From Longimicrobiales bacterium (GTDB lineage: Bacteria; Gemmatimonadota; Gemmatimonadetes; Longimicrobiales; Gaopeijiaceae): 64,000 bases of DNA. A program made the position numbers and the translations under genes. The notes beneath the pieces are model-generated. The model was not told where the DNA came from. It did no database searches and saw only the letters and a program-made list of their open reading frames with translations. The stretch is taken from contig CAXXKM010000003.1 of assembly GCA_963664435.2 (NCBI GenBank), forward strand, positions 672,001 to 736,000. The letters run 5' to 3'. Positions 31,970-41,650 of the stretch are shown in pieces. Position 1 is the first letter of the stretch; every line of letters begins with the position of its first letter.

Positions 31970-32536
31970 ATGCGCAGGTTCGCCGCCCTATTCCTGCTGG
32001 CCGGGGTACTCGGGCTCGGAGCCCCCGCGGAGGCGGATGCCCAACTCCTGGAAGTGGGAGAAATGGCTCCCGACTTCGAGTTGCCCGGCGCCACCCGCTT
32101 CGGCGTGCTGCAGGACCCGGTTCGCCTCAGCGACTACCGGGGAGAAACCGTCGTCCTCGCCTTCTTTTTCCGCGTTCGAACACGTGGCTGAACAGTTCAG
32201 ATGAGAGCGTACCGTGATCAGTACGCAAGCCTGTTCAACGAAGGTCAGAACGTCGTCGTCGTCGGGATCTCCAACGACAGCCCCGAGGAACTGGGATCCT
32301 GGCTCAAGGACGAGGACTTCCCCTTCCTGTTCCTGAGCGACGCGAGCACCGAGGGCGCCACCTACGAGGCGTTCGGCGGCGGCAAGCGCGACAACAACAT
32401 GGTCGACAGCCGCTCGGTCATCGTGGTGGGCCCGGACGGAACCATCGCCGGGGTGATTCCGCAGTTCGCCCAGGTGGACCCGACCGCCTACGAGGAGCTG
32501 GCGGCGATGGTTGACGCCGCCACGCCGGAGCCTTAG
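31970..32536 (+). CDS. Exported AhpC/TSA (BCP/peroxiredoxin-like) redoxin; probable selenoprotein (Sec at UGA 32189-32191)
   Basis: ORF-track pieces 31970-32191 and 32201-32536 are in frame across one TGA: LEVGEMAPDFELP...LSDYRGETVVLAFFFRVRTRG-U-TVQM...VVGISND...FLFLSD...SRSVIVV. The UGA sits where the peroxidatic Cys lies (TxxC). Confidence 0.85.
32189..32237 (+). promoter_or_regulatory. Bacterial SECIS-like hairpin
   Basis: TGAACAG (32189-95) pairs with CTGTTCA (32231-37). The upper stem GCGTAC (32207-12)/GTACGC (32221-26) closes a G-containing loop CGTGATCA. Confidence 0.7.
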
Positions 32537-32720
32537 GCCGGCTTCCGAACTCCACGTCCGTCCCCGGGTCACGAACAGGCCCGGGACGGACGTGGCCTTT
32601 GCCTGGCTGAACGCGTTCGCATCGGGAGGCCGATGCTCGCCGTCCAGGCGGAGCCTCCGGGTCCTTTCCGAATCACGTCGCTCCAGTTACGCACCCGGGC
32701 ATAGCCCTCCCTTCCTCCCG

Positions 32721-33146
32721 ATGTCCCCCTCCTCCTTCGTCGACCTCGTTCCCATGCTGATATGCGCCGATGTTCCCGCGTCGGTGCGCTTCTATTGCGA
32801 TGTGCTCGGGTTCGAGGTGGTCGACCGGATGGACGATGTCGGCGCCACCGGTTTCGCGTCCCTTCGCAACGGCAAGGCGATGGTCATGCTGGCGAGCCCC
32901 ACCTACATCCCGCGGGCTCCCAGGGTGGAGGGCCGCTACCCGCAGTCGATGTACTACTTCTACGTGGAGGATGTGGACGCGCTCCGGCGGTCGGTCGTGG
33001 ATGCCGGCTGGCCTGCGACCGAATGCGTCGACCGCTTCTACGGGCTACGCGAGTTCGAAGTGGTCGACCCCGAGGGCCACGTGCTGCTCTTCGGGCAGGA
33101 CGTCGGGGCTGGTCGGGCGGGGCATTCGTCCTCGAGGTCGAAATGA
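32721..33146 (+). CDS. VOC / glyoxalase-bleomycin resistance family protein
   Basis: PMLICADVPASVRFYCDVLGF, YFYVEDVDAL, FYGLREFEVVDPEGHVLLFG. Confidence 0.88.
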   Translation: MSPSSFVDLVPMLICADVPASVRFYCDVLGFEVVDRMDDVGATGFASLRNGKAMVMLASPTYIPRAPRVEGRYPQSMYYFYVEDVDALRRSVVDAGWPATECVDRFYGLREFEVVDPEGHVLLFGQDVGAGRAGHSSSRSK

Positions 33147-33190
33147 CCCCAAGCGACCCGGGCGGCTCGTCGCGCGGACCGTGGACGGCC

Positions 33191-33275
33191 CAACAGTCTG
33201 CCAAAATGGCAGATTCACGGTGGCGTGAATCACGGCGGGGAATCGTCTAAGTCTAACCAGGGCTGCACGATCTGC
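33191..33275 (+). repeat. Left copy of the inverted repeat; contains palindrome TCTGCCAAAATGGCAGA (33197-33213)
   Basis: Manual alignment to the right copy; inner 50 bp match 44/50. Confidence 0.85.
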
Positions 33276-33878
33276 GTTTCTTGCCTTTAGGCCACGTTCA
33301 GTTCCGCCGTAGGCGAATGGCTGGATATTCGCCATCAGATGGCGGGAAAAATCCCGACATCGCTAACGGCCCTTCCTAGTATAGACAGACGACCAGAGAG
33401 GCCGGCAACCGTTCCGTGAGTCATTGGCAGGATGGGTAACCTACGATCCGTGCGGCCTTTTGTTGGAATCTCGCCGTTCACGGCACCTGACACAGAGTTC
33501 TCGGTCCAGGCTTGATCCAGTCGTCATCCGCGTCCGCGCGCCTCCGCAGTTGACCGGCGATATGCGTGCGGCGGTGTTCCTGCCGCCTCGGCGTCCGTCC
33601 CCCCGGCCTACGGGACGGTTCGAGACCGTCCCTCCCGCCGGGGTCGAGCCCCGTTCGCAACTCGGACGGAAGGATTGCGATAACCCAGGGCTTGGGGGGA
33701 GGACATTTCCTGTTCTACTCGCGAGCGAACGGGGCGGTCGCCCACCTGAACGGACGTGATCGGGCGCCCGGGCAGCTCGGCTGGGCGGGAGCCAAGGGTA
33801 CAGGGTCAGAGTCGCTCCCGCACGCCGTGCGCCTATATTGGGTGCAGTGGCCGACTTGCGATGGAGGGCACGGACGCC

Positions 33879-34169
33879 ATGAGCAGCCTGCCCGAACAGA
33901 GCATGGAATACGCCGAGGACCAACCGGAGGCCACACTGATACGGACAGAAAGCCTGCGGCATCCCGACGACCGGGCCGGCGGTGGTCAGGTCGCTCTCCC
34001 CGCCTTGCCCGTTCGGAGAGACTCCAACGGATCTGCTGTGGCGTCCGAACCGTTTGGCACGCTCATCCAGCGGTGCGCGTTGACCGAGGAGATGGCCAAT
34101 GCTCGACCGGCCAACCCAGCCGCCGGTATCTCAATGACCTTCGACAGCGACTTGGGCGTACACCGTTGA
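33879..34169 (+). CDS. Hypothetical protein
   Basis: ATG with GGAGG RBS; stop overlaps a downstream TTG. No recognisable motif. Confidence 0.35.
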   Translation: MSSLPEQSMEYAEDQPEATLIRTESLRHPDDRAGGGQVALPALPVRRDSNGSAVASEPFGTLIQRCALTEEMANARPANPAAGISMTFDSDLGVHR

Positions 34170-34759
34170 GTGGGCCGGAGCGGTGCGGGCGCGCAAGGGC
34201 CCTCACGCTTGGAGCCGCGTCCACCCTGGCGAGTGCCGCGGCCGACTTGGCGGAAGCGGCGGCGCATCTTGCCTATGATGCGGACTTGACCAACGCGGGG
34301 GACGCTTTTCAGGCGGCGAGCTCCGCCCTCGGCCCCATGGCGTCCGCAACATGGTCGGTCGCCAGATCGGATGAAACGTCGGCCAACCTTCGGAGTTGGG
34401 CGGCCGTAGCAAAAGCGGTCGCGGCCGCGAAGGACGCGGCAGACACCCGTCAAGCCGCGGCGGAGGTGGCGACCGACACCCTTGGGGCCGCGGGATCGAC
34501 CGCGGCAGAGACCCTCCGAGAGCGAGCGGCCGTGGGGGCCCGCCTCGCGGATGCGGTGGACGGTGTTGTGGCTGCGGTGGATGCGGTCTTGGGGGCGTCG
34601 TATAAGGTCAGGATGAGGCAGAGCTGTGAGCGGCCGTGGGGCACTCGACCACAGCGCCCGGGTGAAGATGCCGCTGAGCGGCCGATTGCCTTGGCACGCC
34701 AAGGCGCACTCGATTACCGTCAGTCGATCGACCCAAGACCGCAATCCTCAGCCCGGTGA
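34166..34759 (+). CDS. Hypothetical Ala-rich helical protein
   Basis: TTGA start/stop overlap, and it ends 3 nt before the next ATG. No motif recognised. Confidence 0.35.
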   Translation: MSGPERCGRARALTLGAASTLASAAADLAEAAAHLAYDADLTNAGDAFQAASSALGPMASATWSVARSDETSANLRSWAAVAKAVAAAKDAADTRQAAAEVATDTLGAAGSTAAETLRERAAVGARLADAVDGVVAAVDAVLGASYKVRMRQSCERPWGTRPQRPGEDAAERPIALARQGALDYRQSIDPRPQSSAR

Positions 34760-34762
34760 GCG

Positions 34763-36931
34763 ATGAACGGGATTCTACGGCTGACGCTATTGGTTACGCT
34801 GCTCTTCGTGGACGCCTGCGGCGTGGTCACTCCGACGCCTGTAGGCTCGATCGCGGGGCAGATCATTATCGAGGGCGAGGGGATTGGTGGTGTGGCCGTG
34901 GCCTTGAGCAACGGCGCACAAACCGCGACGACCCCGACCGGCATGTACCGCTTCGATCACGTTGACGGAGGGTCCTACACCATCACGATCAGCGGATATC
35001 CTCTGGATGCGATCTTTGATGCCACATCGGCTGCGGCCGAGATTGTCGTGGATGGCCAGACCGTCATTGTCGACTTCCGTGGAGCGTACCTCCGCACCGC
35101 GAGTCTGATGGGGCGCGTGGCCGTTGAGGGCCATGGCGTGCCTGCGGTTACCGTGCGTCTCGCGGGCATGTCCGAGGGCCTTACCTCAACCGATGATGCA
35201 GGCCAGTTCGGGTTCCGATCTCTGCGCGCCGGAACCTATTCGGTGGAGATCTCCGATTTCGGAGAGGTGGAGTTCACGAGAACCTCCCAGTCCGTTTCGG
35301 TGGCGGTCGGCGAACCGACGGTTCTCAGCTTCGACGGCACCTTTATTCGCCGATCAAGCGTATCGGCAGTTGTCAGCGTCGAAGGCGAGCGTTTGCAGGG
35401 GATCACGCTACGCCTGACAGGTCAGGACACAGTAGCCACCGGAGTTACCCACGCGACGGGGCGACATACGTTCGCCAAGCTTCGGGCAGGCACATACACT
35501 CTCGAAATCTCAGGTTTTGACGCTGACGAGGTAGAGTTCCCCGACACCATCCGGACAGTGACGGTTGGTTTGGACGAGACCAGGAACACCGTTTTCGATG
35601 GGCGGTGGGTGCGCACGGCTGGCATCGAAGGTCGAGTGATCGTTGAGGGCATGGTGCTTGCGGGCGTGACCGTCAGCCTAACGGGTCAAGGGGAAGATCT
35701 CGCTTCGGTGACGGACAGGAACGGCCGGTACGCCTTCGCCAACTTGCGCGCCGGCAGCTACGCTGTCGAGATTGACGACCACCCGGAGGACGTGGAATTC
35801 GAGAACGTGAGCAACACAGTCGAGGTAGACGTGGGCGAGGTCGGCAACGCCGACTTCACCGGCCACTACATCCGCACCTCGGCGGTCGAGGGCCATGTGA
35901 TCGTCGAGGGCGAGGGTTTGCAGGGGATCACGCTACGCCTGACAGGTCAGGACACAGTAGCCACCGGAGTTACCCACGCGACGGGGCGACACACGTTCGC
36001 CAAGCTTCGGGCAGGCACATACACTCTCGAAATCTCAGGTTTTGACGCTGACGAGGTAGAGTTCCCCGACACCATCCGGACAGTGACGGTTGGTTTGGAC
36101 GAGACCAGGAACACCGTTTTCGATGGGCGGTGGGTGCGCACGGCTGGCATCGAAGGTCGAGTGATCGTTGAGGGCATGGTGCTTGCGGGCGTGACCGTCA
36201 GCCTAACGGGTCAAGGGGAAGATCTCGCTTCGGTGACGGACAGGAACGGCCGGTACGCTTTCGCCAACTTGCGCGCCGGCAGCTACGCTGTCGAGATTGA
36301 CGACCACCCGGAGGACGTGGAATTCGAGAACGTGAGCAACACAGTCGAGGTTGACGTGGGCGAGGTCGGCAACGCCGACTTCACCGGCCACTACATCCGC
36401 ACCTCGGCGGTCGAGGGCCATGTGATCGTCGAGGGCGAGGGCCTTGCCGGGGTGACAGTCATCCTGAGCGGCGGTCCGTCCGATGAGCGCTTCACGAAGA
36501 TGACCGACGCCGACGGCATGTACCGGTTCGAGGAACTTCGCCCCGGCGACTACACGGTCTCGATCTCCGACTTCGATCCCCGCGACTACGAGTTCGCGGC
36601 CACGTCGCAGGGCGTGAGCGTGGATCTCGACGAGACCGGCACGGTGTCGTTCACGGGCGTCCTGCTCCGCACCTCGGGCATCAGCGGCCGGGTGAGCGTC
36701 GAAGGCATGGGCCTTGGCGACATCGCAGTCACGCTATCGGGCAGGGCCGACACGAGCACAATGACCGACGCGGGCGGCCAGTACGCCTTCGCGGGCCTGG
36801 CGACCGGCGACTACACGGTCTCGATAACGGTCGAGAGCGACGCCTACGTGTTCGACTCGATGAGCACGGACGTGACGGTCGGCGGCGACGAGTCGGCGAT
36901 CGTGAACTTCGAGGGAAAGCACGTCCGTTAG
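34763..36931 (+). CDS. Surface (lipo)protein with about 8 carboxypeptidase-regulatory-like / SdrD B-type beta-sandwich repeats
   Basis: Signal ending LFVDAC; ~87-aa repeats of the form I.GRV.VEG..LAGVTV.L.G...TD..G.Y.F..LRAG.Y.V.I. Confidence 0.8.
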   Translation: MNGILRLTLLVTLLFVDACGVVTPTPVGSIAGQIIIEGEGIGGVAVALSNGAQTATTPTGMYRFDHVDGGSYTITISGYPLDAIFDATSAAAEIVVDGQTVIVDFRGAYLRTASLMGRVAVEGHGVPAVTVRLAGMSEGLTSTDDAGQFGFRSLRAGTYSVEISDFGEVEFTRTSQSVSVAVGEPTVLSFDGTFIRRSSVSAVVSVEGERLQGITLRLTGQDTVATGVTHATGRHTFAKLRAGTYTLEISGFDADEVEFPDTIRTVTVGLDETRNTVFDGRWVRTAGIEGRVIVEGMVLAGVTVSLTGQGEDLASVTDRNGRYAFANLRAGSYAVEIDDHPEDVEFENVSNTVEVDVGEVGNADFTGHYIRTSAVEGHVIVEGEGLQGITLRLTGQDTVATGVTHATGRHTFAKLRAGTYTLEISGFDADEVEFPDTIRTVTVGLDETRNTVFDGRWVRTAGIEGRVIVEGMVLAGVTVSLTGQGEDLASVTDRNGRYAFANLRAGSYAVEIDDHPEDVEFENVSNTVEVDVGEVGNADFTGHYIRTSAVEGHVIVEGEGLAGVTVILSGGPSDERFTKMTDADGMYRFEELRPGDYTVSISDFDPRDYEFAATSQGVSVDLDETGTVSFTGVLLRTSGISGRVSVEGMGLGDIAVTLSGRADTSTMTDAGGQYAFAGLATGDYTVSITVESDAYVFDSMSTDVTVGGDESAIVNFEGKHVR
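35391..36440 (+). repeat. 525-bp in-frame tandem duplication (2 copies)
   Basis: 35391-35915 vs 35916-36440. Three differences seen, all synonymous (CAT/CAC, GCC/GCT, GTA/GTT). Confidence 0.93.
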
Positions 36932-37413
36932 GTCTACGCTTTTTGTTGGCAGGCCTGGCATATCCGTCCCCAAGCCCTATCTTGACAACTTCCTCAAGCT
37001 CATGGTGGTTTCCGACTGATCCGGAATGATCCGGGGCCCTCGAGGCGGCTCGCCAACGAAGGTCAGATCGATCATCCGGCGCAATCTACCGCTTGGGCTG
37101 CCAGTTGCCTTGGACGCCCAACGCCGCCTTCGCGGTACGTTGACCCAGCCCCACGAGACGCGCGACGGCGCTGCGCTCTCGCGGCGCGGCGCGGCGCGGG
37201 AAGCTGGAGGTTAACGGAAGGCGTAGCGTCGCTTTGGGCCAGACGAGGCACCGCCATCAGATGCCCGCGTAGCGGCTCGCGGAGCGCCGCCTCGACAACC
37301 TCGCGCGGATCGTCCCGCTCCCTGAGGATCTCCACCGCGCGCTACCCCGTCGTGTTATCCTCTTCATCGACACAGTGTGGAACTTCGGCGCAACCCGGGC
37401 ATGAGGATAGGAC

Positions 37414-38520
37414 TTGAAGATCGTCCACTTCGCCGACCTTCATCTGGATGCCAGATTCGCGTGGTGTGGGGCCACTGGAAACGCGGCTGGGCGCAGGCGC
37501 CAGACCCTAAGGGACACCCTGTCCAACATTGTCGGAATCGTCCACGAAGCGAACGTCGATGCGCTCTTCTGCGGAGGAGACCTCTACGAGCACAAGCGCG
37601 TGACGCCTGACACTGCGGCCTTTCTGCGGAGCACGTTCGCCGACCTCGATCCGGTGCGTGTCTACATTGCACCCGGGAATCACGATTGGTACGGGCCCGA
37701 CAGCATCTACGCCACCGAAGTGTGGAGCGAAAACGTCCACATCTTCAAAGAGCCGCGACTACGGAGAGTCGCTCTCGCCCAGGACATCACGCTCTGGGGG
37801 GCTGCGCACTGTCAGCCTGCCAACACACCTGATTTCGTCGAAGGTTTTCGCGTTTCCGGACCAGGTGTCCACATCGCCCTCTTCCATGGCGCCGAGCGCT
37901 CATGGTTCACCGAACAGGGAGGTGGCAATAGCCTCCATGCCCCCTTCGACGGCGATGCAATCCGCCGAGTTGGGCTCCAACACGCCTTCCTGGGCCACTA
38001 CCATCGGCCGAAGTTCACGGAGTACCATACCTATCCGGGAAACCCCGAGCCCTTGGAATTCGGTGAGGACGGCGACCGAGGCCCCGTGATCGCCACGATA
38101 CGGCCCGATGGCTCCGTGAATAGGGAACGACGGGATGCGAGGGTAACGGAAGCCCACGACCTTTCTCTCGATGTCACCAGCTGCGGCCACGTCGGGGAAG
38201 TCCGCTCGCGCCTCGAAAGGCTGATAGAAGGACGGTCGGGCATCGCGAGAGTGGAGATTCGGGGAGATCTCGAACCGGAAGTTGACCTGACGGAGGGCGC
38301 CTTGGGTGATGTGCTCGATCGGCGATTTGACGCGTTTCGCCTTCACGTCGGCGACCTGCGACCTGCCTACGACATCGAGGCCATACAGGAGGAACCCACG
38401 GTCCGTGGGCAGTTCGTACGGGATGTCTTGAACGATGGGTTAGGCTCGGACGAGACCCGCCGCGTCCTGATCACGGGGTTGCGTGCTCTCGGCGGACGCG
38501 ACGACTTGGACGTGCTCTGA
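37414..38520 (+). CDS. Mre11/SbcD-like metallophosphoesterase nuclease (YhaO-like)
   Basis: HFADLHL, GGDLYE, PGNHD, FHG, LGHYH, YPGNPE motifs. TTG start with AGGA RBS. Confidence 0.9.
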   Translation: MKIVHFADLHLDARFAWCGATGNAAGRRRQTLRDTLSNIVGIVHEANVDALFCGGDLYEHKRVTPDTAAFLRSTFADLDPVRVYIAPGNHDWYGPDSIYATEVWSENVHIFKEPRLRRVALAQDITLWGAAHCQPANTPDFVEGFRVSGPGVHIALFHGAERSWFTEQGGGNSLHAPFDGDAIRRVGLQHAFLGHYHRPKFTEYHTYPGNPEPLEFGEDGDRGPVIATIRPDGSVNRERRDARVTEAHDLSLDVTSCGHVGEVRSRLERLIEGRSGIARVEIRGDLEPEVDLTEGALGDVLDRRFDAFRLHVGDLRPAYDIEAIQEEPTVRGQFVRDVLNDGLGSDETRRVLITGLRALGGRDDLDVL

Positions 38521-41495
38521 TGCGCTACCTGCGTGTCATCGCCATGCCCTTCGGCCCGTTCCGCCATAAGCCGTTGGAGTTGGCACCGGGAATGAACGTA
38601 ATCCACGGACCCAACGAGGCGGGCAAGTCGTCGCTGCACTCAGCCCTGTACGCCGGATTGTGCGGGATTCGGAGGGCGCAAGGGCCGCCGACGAAGGAGG
38701 ACAGGGAGTTTGCCGAACGCCACAGGCCATGGAACGGCGAAGACGGCAGTTGGGCGGTCGGTGCGCTGATTGCCCTGGAGTGCGGACGCCGGATTGAGCT
38801 GCACCATGATCTGGCGACCAGGACCGGCACGGCCACGGATGCCGACATCCCGGGAAGCGATGTCTCGAACCAAGTAGTCTACGACGGGGCCGTGGATGGC
38901 TCGCGCTGGCTCGGACTCAACCGCAGATCCTTCAAGGCGATAGCTTGCGTGCGACAGGCGGACATTCTGGGTATCAAGAAGAGCGCCACTTTCCTCCAAG
39001 GTGCACTCGAGAAGGCGGTCGCCACGGCACCCGCGGATGCCTCGGTGGCTTCGGCGCTCACACGCCTCAAGCAGTATCGCAAAGAACACGTAGGTACGTC
39101 GCAAGCGCATACGAAGCCTCTACTCCGGGCCATCGAGAAGGTCGCGAGGGCACGTGCGGAATTGGCCACTGCACGAGAGAAGCGAGGGGAATACCGCGAG
39201 TGCCAAGCAAGAGTCAAAGGCCTCGGACGCACTTCCGCGAGGCATAAGCAAGCCGTCAAGGCCGTGAAAGCCGTGCAAGCTGAAAACGCAGCGAATGTTG
39301 CCAAAGGAAATCTTTGCCGGGCTCGTCGGTTGGAAACGAAGATTGCTCATGCCCCGCAGCCTCCATCGACCGAGGATTCCGAGCTTGCTGGGGAGATCCG
39401 GTACGTCCTCGACCGCTGGGAGGCGCGCCCGACGCTCGATGGCCGTTCCGGGGACCAGATCAAGAGCAACCTCGATGCCGAGAGACGCGGTGTGGCGGCG
39501 GCCCGTGCCGTTCTGGCGGAGCGCGAAGCGAAGAAGGCAAAGCATCGCTTGGCGCGCGCGAGTGAGTTGGGAGCACAGTTTCCCAATGGCCCACCTCAGT
39601 CTCCCGTCCAAGACGAGCAACTGGCCACCAACGTCATTGAAGCCTTGACGCTCTGGAAGACCCGTCCTCGGCCCCTTGATCTCGAAGGTCCTTCTGTCGA
39701 AGAGATCGACCGTGAGATGGAAACCGTACTGCGCAAGCGCACCGCAGCGCGCGCCGTTGTGGCTGAACGCGAAAGGGAACGATGGGAACGCCGCCTCATC
39801 CGAGCTACGCGAGCGAGATGGGGCGGATTCCTGCTGTTCTTGCTCCTTCTTGCCGGCGCGGCGGCTGCGGCCGTAAGCTGGGCCTACGTGCCTGCTGTAG
39901 TGCTCGCTCTCCTGTGGGGTGGATGGACGCAGTGGAGGCTTCGACACCTCCGCGACCAAGCGACCGAGAAGAGCAAGCGAACGAACGATTTAGTTCGCGC
40001 TGCTGATGAATCGTCGCTCGGGTGGGCCCGGCACACGAACATGTCCCCTGTCGATCTGGATGCGTTCGAGAGCAAATGCGCGAGTCGCCTTGTGGAACTC
40101 GATAGAAGGCGGGACGAGCGAGCTATCGCGGAAACGCGTTGGCGCGAGATGCAGCGGAGTATTGGGGGAGCGAGACGAAGGTTGGTTGGAGCGGCAGAAC
40201 GAATCGGGATATCGGGGCAAGGCGACGCGCACCTTTCCGCAGAGCTTAGGAGATGGCTGCGAGAGCGCACGAATCGCGCCTCTGAGGCGACGAGTCGCGC
40301 GATGCTTTGGGACGAGTATCAGAAGCTTCTGGACGGCCAATCCCTCGATGACGTTGAGCGAGAGGCCTCGCGCAAACGTGAGCACGCAAACGCACTGCTC
40401 GGACATCCCATCTTGGCGTCAGCAGATACCCTGCTGGCTGAGTTTCGCGCCAAGACGTCAGAAGAACTGGCTGGACTCGTACAGCAGAGCAGTCCCCGCC
40501 TTGATCGTCTCACAGAACAACTCGACCGTCGTCGGCAAGAAGAAAGGCAAGTAGCGGAGCGACAGACCGAACTGACCTGCGTTGGACACAAAGCGGGAGT
40601 GTCCGCTGACACTCTAGAGCGCTTGGTGTCGAGGTTGCGTGACTGGCTGTCGGAACATGCCGTGCGGACTCGGGAAACGGAACGGCGCGAGGAGGCTCGC
40701 GATCAACTCAGCAAACTGGTTGGTGAGCGGTCGCTGGACGAATTGGCCGAGGAAGCTGAACGCCTCCGGCGGCATGCCGAAGCCTTAGCCAAGGACGTTG
40801 ACGAAGCGGCTATCGAACAGGCCCGCGCGAGCAAGCATGATGACACGGACCTACAACGTTCTCAGACAACAGCCAGTGTCGCGGGTGCCAAATGGCAAAC
40901 TGAACGTGGAAGACTTCTGGAACTTAGGGACAACCTGACCGACGTGGCCGACGCTGAAGACGCATTAGCAGAGGCTAAGCGTGAAGAGATGCGCGTCAAG
41001 CGCCTCCGCGACACGCTCGACCGGACGATCACGTACATCAAGACCGCGCAAGAGAGGGTCTTCCGCACCATAGCACCCACCTTGAGAGACACCCTACTTG
41101 AGTGGCTGCCCGAAGTTACGGAGGGTCGCTACACAGACTGCCGAATCGACCCGGAGACCCTCGAAGTGAGTGTCAGAGCCGACGAGACCAGAGCACCGTG
41201 GCAGAACGCGACGCTTCTCTCGCATGGTACTGCGGAGCAGGTCTACCTCCTTCTTCGACCGGCCTTGTCGCGTCATCTCGTCAAGCCACGTGAGAGATGT
41301 CCGCTCATCTTCGATGATCCGGTGGCGTCCAGCGACGCGTCACGAAAGCAGAGCGTATTGGAAGTGCTGCGCAACATCAGCGAATCGGTCCAAGTGATCC
41401 TCTTCACTCATGACCAAGACGTTCGAGCGTGGGCGAGCGCAAGGCTGTTGGGAAGTCGGCATCGCGTGGTCGATCTGAAGCCTAGTCGCAGATGA
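38520..41495 (+). CDS. Rad50/SbcC-like SMC-type ATPase (YhaN/AAA_27-like) with central transmembrane hairpin
   Basis: Walker A GPNEAGKS, VRQ Q-loop, long coiled coil, signature LSHGT, Walker B LIFDDP, FTH. Coupled to the nuclease by a TGATG overlap. Confidence 0.88.
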   Translation: MRYLRVIAMPFGPFRHKPLELAPGMNVIHGPNEAGKSSLHSALYAGLCGIRRAQGPPTKEDREFAERHRPWNGEDGSWAVGALIALECGRRIELHHDLATRTGTATDADIPGSDVSNQVVYDGAVDGSRWLGLNRRSFKAIACVRQADILGIKKSATFLQGALEKAVATAPADASVASALTRLKQYRKEHVGTSQAHTKPLLRAIEKVARARAELATAREKRGEYRECQARVKGLGRTSARHKQAVKAVKAVQAENAANVAKGNLCRARRLETKIAHAPQPPSTEDSELAGEIRYVLDRWEARPTLDGRSGDQIKSNLDAERRGVAAARAVLAEREAKKAKHRLARASELGAQFPNGPPQSPVQDEQLATNVIEALTLWKTRPRPLDLEGPSVEEIDREMETVLRKRTAARAVVAERERERWERRLIRATRARWGGFLLFLLLLAGAAAAAVSWAYVPAVVLALLWGGWTQWRLRHLRDQATEKSKRTNDLVRAADESSLGWARHTNMSPVDLDAFESKCASRLVELDRRRDERAIAETRWREMQRSIGGARRRLVGAAERIGISGQGDAHLSAELRRWLRERTNRASEATSRAMLWDEYQKLLDGQSLDDVEREASRKREHANALLGHPILASADTLLAEFRAKTSEELAGLVQQSSPRLDRLTEQLDRRRQEERQVAERQTELTCVGHKAGVSADTLERLVSRLRDWLSEHAVRTRETERREEARDQLSKLVGERSLDELAEEAERLRRHAEALAKDVDEAAIEQARASKHDDTDLQRSQTTASVAGAKWQTERGRLLELRDNLTDVADAEDALAEAKREEMRVKRLRDTLDRTITYIKTAQERVFRTIAPTLRDTLLEWLPEVTEGRYTDCRIDPETLEVSVRADETRAPWQNATLLSHGTAEQVYLLLRPALSRHLVKPRERCPLIFDDPVASSDASRKQSVLEVLRNISESVQVILFTHDQDVRAWASARLLGSRHRVVDLKPSRR

Positions 41496-41650
41496 AGTTG
41501 GGTGCGCAGCCGACGTTGCGAGAGACTGGTTCTCCAAGTGTGAACCCATGACGAAATCCATTCGAAGCCGAGATCCGCTTCCCGCCATTTGGGACGGTCT
41601 TCCCTCGGTTTCGCGATGTTGGAATCAGGTATCCTGTAACGTCGAGGACG

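Noticed and set aside
31970..32536. Pseudogene or two separate small genes
   Set aside because: The single stop falls exactly at the catalytic residue, the frame is preserved, and a SECIS-like hairpin follows.
37072..37335. Small minus-strand ORF inside the island
   Set aside because: No RBS or recognisable motif, so it cannot be supported as a gene.
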